Below are positions 57,446 to 64,000 of a stretch of 64,000 nucleotides of DNA, piece by piece. The first letter of the stretch is position 1. Each line of letters opens with the position of its first letter. The position numbers were made by a program, and so were the translations under genes. Below the pieces are notes generated by a model. The model saw nothing but the letters and a program-made list of their open reading frames with translations. It was not told where the DNA came from and did no database searches. Source of the stretch: an uncultured delta proteobacterium (GTDB lineage: Bacteria > Myxococcota_A > Polyangia > Polyangiales > Polyangiaceae); contig CAWAIF010000003.1 in the NCBI GenBank assembly GCA_963782055.1, forward strand, positions 6,208,001 to 6,272,000, given 5' to 3'.

Positions 57446-58627
57446 GTGCTGTCCACGCTCCTCGCCGCTGCAGCCGTCTCCGGGGCCCTCGACCTCTCGG
57501 ACCGGACCGAGCTGCGCCTGCGCGATCCCGGATCGCTCGCCGACACGGTGTCCTTCGACATCGCGACGGCGCCTCGCGCCGAGCTGACGCTCTCGTCCCG
57601 CCGCACGACGCTGAGGCTCAGCTACGTGCCGGAGGTCACGCTCTGGGACCTGAACGTGGCGCCCTCGCCGCCGGTGCTGATGCAGCAGGCCTCCGCGCTC
57701 GGAGAGTGGAGGCACAAGCTCGGTCGGCTGTCGCTCGAGCAGAGCGGCTCCTACGGCGACGTGAACTACGCGTCGCTCACCTTCGTGCCGGGCCCCGCCG
57801 GGGCGCCGCCGCGCGTCGACGTCGTGCCGGCCTCGCAGGTCATCCACTACATGTCGTCGACGAGTGTCCTGTCCACCGACCTGAACCTGCGACGCTGGAG
57901 GCTGGGCCTGCGCGGCGGCTATCAGGTGCTGGGCGGCGCCGACACCGAGGCCCGCGCCATCCTCCCGCTGCAGTCCGGTCCCTTCGGCGAGGGCCTCGCC
58001 GACTTCGCCCTCAGCCGCCGCGCCGACCTGCGAACCACCCTCTCCGCCGCCGAGCTCTCCTTCTCCAACGGCCCCGAGAGCGTGCTCGTCACCGCGCGGG
58101 AGGGCTGGCATCACGCGTGGAGCCGGACCACCCGCACCGAGCTCACGGCGGGCGTCACCGAGGCGCGCTCCCGCCCCGACGACCGCTCGACCAACCGCTA
58201 CCAGACCTTCCCCGTGGGGGAGCTTGCGCTGGAGCAGAGCCACCTGACCGCCGGCGATCGTGTGGTCGTCCGGGTCGGGGCCGGCGTCTCGCCGACCGTC
58301 AACCAGCTCTATGGCAACGTCGACGAGCGCGTGGAGGGCACGGTCCGCGCGACGTGGACGCACCGACGCCTGGCGCTCACGGCGTACGCGTCGGCGCAGC
58401 AGTCGGTGCCGACCGACGGCGACTACGCGGTGCAGCTCCTCGCCGGCGAGCTCTCCGCCACGTACGACACCGGCGGCGTCGTGTCCTTCGATGGCGGCGT
58501 TCGCGCCATCGGCCAGCGCGCCAACGAACCGCCGCCCCCAGGCTCCGGCGTGCCGGGGGAGAGCTCCTTCGTGCAGGGGATCGTGTTTCTCGGGGTGACG
58601 CTCCGCGCGCCCAAGCTGAGGTTCTGA
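57446..58627 (+). CDS. Outer-membrane beta-barrel (EpsX/Wzp-like), inferred
   Basis: Alternating beta-strand pattern, terminal Phe, position after a short OPX gene. Confidence 0.65.
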   Translation: MLSTLLAAAAVSGALDLSDRTELRLRDPGSLADTVSFDIATAPRAELTLSSRRTTLRLSYVPEVTLWDLNVAPSPPVLMQQASALGEWRHKLGRLSLEQSGSYGDVNYASLTFVPGPAGAPPRVDVVPASQVIHYMSSTSVLSTDLNLRRWRLGLRGGYQVLGGADTEARAILPLQSGPFGEGLADFALSRRADLRTTLSAAELSFSNGPESVLVTAREGWHHAWSRTTRTELTAGVTEARSRPDDRSTNRYQTFPVGELALEQSHLTAGDRVVVRVGAGVSPTVNQLYGNVDERVEGTVRATWTHRRLALTAYASAQQSVPTDGDYAVQLLAGELSATYDTGGVVSFDGGVRAIGQRANEPPPPGSGVPGESSFVQGIVFLGVTLRAPKLRF

Positions 58628-58643
58628 GAGAGGAGATGCTCCG

Positions 58644-59138
58644 ATGAAAGGCTTCTGGGATCGAACGGACTGGGAACGCATCTGGTTTCGCACGCAGAGC
58701 CGAGACTGGCGGGCCCTGGCCGTGGTCCCGAGCGACGTCGAGACCGAGGCCGCGGCCTACGACATGGCGCGGTTCATCGCCGGGCTGGCCACGCAGCACG
58801 AGGAGAAGCTCTCCCTCGCCGACTTCCGCGACGTGCCGCTGCCGCGGGTCAGCGCCTTCCTCCAGCTCGCCGACTGGCATCTCGGCTTCGGCGAGCGGCT
58901 CATCTACGCGACGCGGAGCATCGCCGAGAACGTGGCGACCGTGCGCGTCGCGCGCTCGGCCGACTGCGTGTTGCTGTGCGCCTCGCTCGGCACGACGCCC
59001 CTGCGCGCCATCGAGGACGCCATCGAGCAGATCGGACGTGATCGGTTCCTGGGGAGCGTCCTGTTCCGGCCGCCGAAGCGTGGTCGCGCCAACGAGACCG
59101 CGCTGGTCAAGCGAAGCGGCAGCGAGGCCTGGCCGTGA
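58644..59138 (+). CDS. Degenerate BY-kinase-like protein (pseudokinase), inferred
   Basis: WRALAVVP, ARSADCVLL...LGTT...IGRDRFLGSV; no Walker A. Confidence 0.5.
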   Translation: MKGFWDRTDWERIWFRTQSRDWRALAVVPSDVETEAAAYDMARFIAGLATQHEEKLSLADFRDVPLPRVSAFLQLADWHLGFGERLIYATRSIAENVATVRVARSADCVLLCASLGTTPLRAIEDAIEQIGRDRFLGSVLFRPPKRGRANETALVKRSGSEAWP

Positions 59139-59944
59139 CCCTGCAAGCCAGCCCCGACGGCGCGGCGGTCCTGCGGGAGCCCACGCGATTTTACCTGGGA
59201 CACGTCCCGGTCGACCGGCTCACCTTCGACGGCGCGCTCGACGCCATCGAGGCGATGATCCGGCGCCGGTCCGGGGGGATCGTCTTCACGCCCAACGTCG
59301 ATCACGTCGTCCTCGCCGAGCGTGACGAGGCCCTGAGGCGCGCGTACGCGCGCGCCGACCTGGCGCTGGCCGACGGCATGCCCATCGTGTGGGCGTCGCA
59401 CCTGCTGGGCACACCGGTGCCGGAGAAGGTGTCCGGGTCGGATCTGGTGCCGCGCCTGCTGGACCGCGCGCAGGACCTCGGCTGGCGGGTGTACTTCTTC
59501 GGCGGCGGTCACGGCTCCGCCACCGAGGCGGTCCGTCGTCTGCGCGAGTCGCGTCCGCGCCTCCGGATCGCCGGGGCGGAGTCCCCCCGGGTGGACATGA
59601 GCCAGCCCCCGCGGCGGCGGCGCTCGGCGATGGAGCGCATCCGGTCGACCTCGCCCGACGTGGTGCTCGTCGGCCTCGGCGCGCCGAAGCAGGAGCTGTG
59701 GATCGACGAGGTCGCCACCACCCTGCGTCCCGCGGTGCTGCTGGGCGTGGGCGCCTCCCTCGACTTCCTCGCCGGCGCCGCGACGCGCGCGCCGCGCTGG
59801 ATCTCCGAGAGCGGCCTGGAGTGGGCGTACCGGCTGGCGCGCGAGCCTCGGCGCATGTGGCGGCGGTATCTGGTGCGCGACCCGCGGTTTCTGGCCATCC
59901 TGGCGGGGGAGCTGCTCCGGCGCGGTCGAGGGCCCGCGCCGTGA
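59135..59944 (+). CDS. WecB/TagA/CpsF family glycosyltransferase
   Basis: TPNVDH, ADGMPI, KVSGSD, GLGAPKQE, GLEWAYRL..EPRRMWRRY. Confidence 0.93.
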   Translation: MTLQASPDGAAVLREPTRFYLGHVPVDRLTFDGALDAIEAMIRRRSGGIVFTPNVDHVVLAERDEALRRAYARADLALADGMPIVWASHLLGTPVPEKVSGSDLVPRLLDRAQDLGWRVYFFGGGHGSATEAVRRLRESRPRLRIAGAESPRVDMSQPPRRRRSAMERIRSTSPDVVLVGLGAPKQELWIDEVATTLRPAVLLGVGASLDFLAGAATRAPRWISESGLEWAYRLAREPRRMWRRYLVRDPRFLAILAGELLRRGRGPAP

Positions 59945-61455
59945 CCGATACCCCGGTCGCCTCCGACGCGCGGAGCGATACCCTGCTGGCGATCCGCAAC
60001 GTGCTCAAGCTCGGCGGCTCGCTCTTCTTCACCTGGACCATCGCGGTGGTCATCCGTCTGCTGCTCCCCCGGTACCTGGGGCCGCAGCACTACGGCACGC
60101 TCACGTTCGCCGACGCCTTCACCACCACCTTCTTCGTGGCGCTGGGGTTGGGCGTGGACGTGTACGTCCGGCGGCACGTCTCGGTGCGTCCGGCGCACGC
60201 GAGCGACTTCTTCGGCGGGACGCTCTCGCTGCGCCTGCTGTTGACCGCCGTCCTGGTGCTGATCATGGGGGTGGCCATGCACGTGATGGGGCGCCCGCCC
60301 CAGGTGCAGGCGCTCGTCTACCTCTTCGCCGCGGCGCAGTTCCTGGTGGGGATGAACACCACCCTCGCCGCGCTGCTGCAGGCGCGCGGGAGGGTCGGCG
60401 GGCTATCGGTGCTCTCGGTCGTCTCCAAGCTGGTGTGGGGCACCGGCATCGGGTTGGCGATGCTGACGCACACCGGGCTCTGGGCGTTCGCCGCGGCGCT
60501 GGTCCTCTCGGAGGGGTTGAAGGCTACGGCGCTGTTCGTGCTGGCTCGCCGACACCTCGGCCTGGTGGTCCGGCTCGACTCGCGGGCCACGCGAGCGATG
60601 GTCCTGGCGAGCCTGCCGTACTACCTGACGACCGTCGCGAGCACGGCGTACGGCAAGCTGGACATCACGCTGCTGGCGCTGCTGGGCAACGATCACGCGG
60701 TCGGCTGGTACGCCGGCGCGGGCGCCATCGCGGGGCTCACGCTGCTGGTCACGCCGCTCATCGACTGGGTGCTCATGCCGACGTTCGCCCGCGCGGAGGC
60801 CCGCTCCCGCGAGGAGCTCTACGACCGCGTGCGGTCGGCGACGCGCCTGGTGCTCGGCGCGGCCATCCCCGCGTCGCTCGTCACCATCCTGGGCGCGCAC
60901 CTCTGGGTGCGCGTGCTCTTCGGCGCGGCCTACGACCCGGCCGCCCTGCCGCTGCAACTGCTCGCGACGACCTTCGTCTTCACGTACGTGAACATCATCT
61001 ACGCCATCACCCTCACCATGATCGACCGCGCGTGGGCGCTGACCGCCGTCTCCGGCGCGGGGCTGGTCGTGAACGTGGCGCTCAACCTGGTGATCATCCG
61101 CCCGGCCATGGCGGCGTTCGGCGACGGGGGCGGAGGCGCCGGCTGCGCGCTGGCGATGCTGGGGACCGAGCTCTTCGTCACCGCGTCGATGATCGCGCTG
61201 GTGGGGCGCGGGGCGTTCGACCGCCGCACGATGCGCGTCGTCTTCGCCAGCCTCGGCGGGTGCGCGCTGGCGGTCGCAGTCGACCGGCTGCCCGGGTCGC
61301 ACGGGATCGGGCACCTGGCGCTGGACATGCTCGCCTACTTCGCCGTGGCGGCGATCGCGGGCCTGCGCGGCGTGCGTGAGGGCATCGCCCTGGTCGCCTC
61401 CGCGGTGCGCAGGACGCCCCGCCCCGCGCCGGCCGCGTCGGCGAACCGGAGCTAG
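59941..61455 (+). CDS. wzx: Wzx-type flippase
   Basis: PRYLGPQHYG, many TMs, KLDITLL...VGWY, LFGAAY. Confidence 0.88.
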   Translation: MTDTPVASDARSDTLLAIRNVLKLGGSLFFTWTIAVVIRLLLPRYLGPQHYGTLTFADAFTTTFFVALGLGVDVYVRRHVSVRPAHASDFFGGTLSLRLLLTAVLVLIMGVAMHVMGRPPQVQALVYLFAAAQFLVGMNTTLAALLQARGRVGGLSVLSVVSKLVWGTGIGLAMLTHTGLWAFAAALVLSEGLKATALFVLARRHLGLVVRLDSRATRAMVLASLPYYLTTVASTAYGKLDITLLALLGNDHAVGWYAGAGAIAGLTLLVTPLIDWVLMPTFARAEARSREELYDRVRSATRLVLGAAIPASLVTILGAHLWVRVLFGAAYDPAALPLQLLATTFVFTYVNIIYAITLTMIDRAWALTAVSGAGLVVNVALNLVIIRPAMAAFGDGGGGAGCALAMLGTELFVTASMIALVGRGAFDRRTMRVVFASLGGCALAVAVDRLPGSHGIGHLALDMLAYFAVAAIAGLRGVREGIALVASAVRRTPRPAPAASANRS

Positions 61456-61507
61456 GATCCGGGCGCCGGCGCGGAGGACCCGCGCGGTCGCGCGCGGCGC
61501 GACGCCG

Positions 61508-62689
61508 TCAAGGGCGCGCGTACAGCGGCTCCGCCGCCTCCGCCCAGAGGCGGTTCATGGAGGCGATGCCCTTGTCGTTCGGGTGCAGGCCGTCGCGCAG
61601 CTCGTCGGGGTGCGCCAGAAACCACGCGTAGAGATCCGGGCCGGCCGGCAGGTGGTGGTCGGCGCGGATGCTATCGATGACCTCGTTGAAGCGGGGGATG
61701 CCCGCGTGGTGGCCGTCGGACGCGTACGGGATGCGCGCCAGGATGGGGACGCGGCCCGCCGCCTGGACGTGGCGCACGATCTTCTCCATGTTGGCGCGGA
61801 AGGCCGCCGTGTCGGTGGTGTCGCCGGCGGCGTCGTTGCTCCCGTAACCGATGGCCCAGAAGTGCGCGTCAGGGCTGCGCGCGAGCCAGTCGTCGACGCG
61901 GGCGGCGCCCTGATCGCTCTTGTCACCGCCCACGCCGCCGTTGATCGTCGCGGGCATGTGCCGCGGGTGCCGGGTGTGGATGCGCTCGGCGAAGCTGGGC
62001 CCGTGCGACGGACCGCGGGCGAAGGCGAACGCGGTGATGCTGTCGCCCATGAAGAACCAGCAGTCCTGGGTGCCCTCCGACGCGTCGTGCACCTCCACCT
62101 CGTTGATCTGCACGCCGTTCGGGCTGATCTTCGGCGCGCGCGTGATCACCAGCTTCACCCAGCGCTGCCCGAGGAAGGGCACGGCGTGCTCGGCGCCGTG
62201 GACGGCCACGTCGGGCACGTCCACCGCGGTCTTCCAGGTCCCGTCGGTCCCGTCGGTCGAGTCGGCGGAGGTCTCCACGCGGTACGCGCCCGGGCTGCCG
62301 TAGTCGGTCTCCTCGTAGTTGAAGCTGCCCGCCGAGCTCCACGTGAGCAGCAGCCGGGAGGGCCCGCGGCCCACGTCGATGGCGAGCCACGCGGGATGCT
62401 CCGGCGTGGGGTGCCCCGCGTCCCACCAGCTGTGATAGTCGCCGTCGGTCGCGCGCCGCACGTCGCTGTAGCGCGCGGCCGACCAGCCCTCCGTCCGCTT
62501 GCCCCGCGAGACGAGCGGCATCGGGGCGACGACGCCGGCGCGGGCGCCGCGGGCGACGGAGGCGGCGACGGACGCGGGCACCGGCGCGGGCGCGACGTGC
62601 GCGGTGGCGTCGACGGTCTGAGCGACGCGCTCGCCGTGGGAGGGCGTGCAGGCGGCGAGCAGGGCGACGAGGAAGGCGGCGCGTCGCAC
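61508..62689 (-). CDS. SGNH/GDSL esterase lipoprotein with a discoidin-like domain
   Basis: WLAIDVG; GDSIT, NGGVGG, GSND, DGLHP. Confidence 0.87.
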   Translation of the reverse strand: MRRAAFLVALLAACTPSHGERVAQTVDATAHVAPAPVPASVAASVARGARAGVVAPMPLVSRGKRTEGWSAARYSDVRRATDGDYHSWWDAGHPTPEHPAWLAIDVGRGPSRLLLTWSSAGSFNYEETDYGSPGAYRVETSADSTDGTDGTWKTAVDVPDVAVHGAEHAVPFLGQRWVKLVITRAPKISPNGVQINEVEVHDASEGTQDCWFFMGDSITAFAFARGPSHGPSFAERIHTRHPRHMPATINGGVGGDKSDQGAARVDDWLARSPDAHFWAIGYGSNDAAGDTTDTAAFRANMEKIVRHVQAAGRVPILARIPYASDGHHAGIPRFNEVIDSIRADHHLPAGPDLYAWFLAHPDELRDGLHPNDKGIASMNRLWAEAAEPLYARP

Positions 62690-62690
62690 G

Positions 62691-63872
62691 TCAACCTGCC
62701 TTCTGGGCGACGACGCCCGGCGCGAAGTAGTCCTTCAGTCGCAGGAAGTGCTTCTCGAAGAGCTCGTAGCTCGCGACCGACACCAGCAAGGAGAAGGCGG
62801 CGCCCACCGTGGCCTGCAGCAGCACCGCGGCGAGGTGCGAGCCCAGCCACGCGCCCAGGACGCGCTCGGTGCCGCGCTCGACGAGCGCGAAGGCGACGAT
62901 GCCGTGGAAGACGTACAGGCCGTAGCTGTACTTGCCGAAGAAGCGCATCACCGGGGCCCGGAAGACGCGCCCGAGGACGCCGGCGCGCCCGCCGGCGACC
63001 GTGACGACCAGCAGCGCGCCGAAGGAGAGCGCGACGAAGGTCCCGCGCAGCGGCACGACCACCTCACGCGCCACGCCGCCGGTGAGGGCGTTCCACGCCG
63101 AGGTGGCGAGGACCAGCCCGGGCATCACCCAGGCCCACGGCCGCGCGACGCGCGCCAGCGCCTGGATGCCCACGGCGCGCGACGCGATGGCGAGGAACCC
63201 GCCCACGCAGAGCGCGTCCAGGCGGCACGGCGTGAGCGCGGTGACGGCCACGTCGCTCGCGCCGGAGGCCAGCATCACGCACCGGAGGACGAGCGCGAAG
63301 GCCGCGACCGACGCGCAGATCCAGAGCAGCTTGTTGCGCGAGAAGGTCGCCACCACCAGCGGCCAGAAGAGATAGAAGTGCTCCTCGACCGCGAGCGACC
63401 AGAAGTGGCTCACGTAGGGGAGCGTCCAGCCGTGGTGCAGCGAGACGTACACGTTGGTCGCGTACGGCCACAGCCACCGCTGGTGCTGCTCGGCGTCCAC
63501 CAGGCTCGCGGGGTAGGCCACCGGGAGCGCGGGGAGCACAACGAACAGGAGCGCCAGCACGCCGTAATACAGGGGGAAGATGCGCAGCACGCGGCGGACG
63601 TAAAAGTTGCGGTAGTAGCGCGGGCGCTCGCGCGCATCGTAGAGGATGCCCGTGATGAGGAAGCCGGAGAGGACGAAGAAGAGGTCCACGCCCCAGACGC
63701 CGTAGTTGGCGAGCTTCACCATCCCGCGCTCCAGCGCGGTGCCGGGCGTGCTGTCGCCGATGAAGTGGACGAACAGCACCATGATGATGGCGAGGCCCCG
63801 CATGCCGTCGAGGGCGGGCATGTGGCCGCCGTGCGCCGGGCGGTCCACCACGGCGGCGGGCTCCGCCGTCAC
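62691..63872 (-). CDS. Acyltransferase family 3 (O-acetyltransferase)
   Basis: LDGMRGLAI, GVDLFFVLSGFLIT, RRVLRIFP, HFWSLAVEEHFY, SYGLYVFH. Confidence 0.93.
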   Translation of the reverse strand: MTAEPAAVVDRPAHGGHMPALDGMRGLAIIMVLFVHFIGDSTPGTALERGMVKLANYGVWGVDLFFVLSGFLITGILYDARERPRYYRNFYVRRVLRIFPLYYGVLALLFVVLPALPVAYPASLVDAEQHQRWLWPYATNVYVSLHHGWTLPYVSHFWSLAVEEHFYLFWPLVVATFSRNKLLWICASVAAFALVLRCVMLASGASDVAVTALTPCRLDALCVGGFLAIASRAVGIQALARVARPWAWVMPGLVLATSAWNALTGGVAREVVVPLRGTFVALSFGALLVVTVAGGRAGVLGRVFRAPVMRFFGKYSYGLYVFHGIVAFALVERGTERVLGAWLGSHLAAVLLQATVGAAFSLLVSVASYELFEKHFLRLKDYFAPGVVAQKAG

Positions 63873-64000
63873 GGCCGCCTCCGCGTGAGCAACAGGCGCT
63901 CGTAGAGCCGGACCAGCCGCTCGACCGACGCGTGCCAGCCGTAGTGCGCCTCCACCAGCCGCCGGCCCGCGTCGCCCAGCCAGTCGACGAGCGAGGTATC
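63869..64000 (-). CDS. C-terminal fragment of a probable GT4 glycosyltransferase (partial)
   Basis: Hand translation LGDAGRRLVEAHYGWHASVERLVRLY; GTGA overlap with the next gene. Confidence 0.7.
   Translation of the reverse strand, partial: DTSLVDWLGDAGRRLVEAHYGWHASVERLVRLYERLLLTRRRP

Overview
High-GC window, probably from a myxobacterium of the Polyangiaceae type. This is inferred from a MYXO-CTERM sorting signal, a GltF/CglF-like protein, a DUF2378/TIGR02265-like protein and Myxococcus-type EPS export genes. The backbone carries thrS, a KirBac channel, thiolase-crcB-DUF190, signalling genes, secreted lipoproteins, a di-haem peroxidase, HmuY and a sigma54-driven Wzx-type EPS locus. An ~11.5 kb island sits in tRNA-Val(GAC), bounded by a 46-bp direct repeat with paired arm-type sites. 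It holds a decayed tyrosine integrase, a serine resolvase, an intact IS66 element (TIRs plus 8-bp TSD), an ~83-bp tandem array and five nuclease-like genes (HEPN, SEC-C/HNH, DUF3800, OLD-type ATPase-TOPRIM, dual HEPN). The most striking item is a tRNA-shaped RNA gene with its own promoter and no canonical anticodon loop, lying between the convergent DUF3800 and OLD nuclease genes. Also notable are a duplicated cassette (G-tracts, 32-bp palindrome, sigma54 promoter, MarR-like gene) whose palindrome recurs in orphan pairs, and a ThDP enzyme plus KAS III-like pair apparently co-transcribed with a stressosome module. All calls come from reading motifs by eye; no searches were run.
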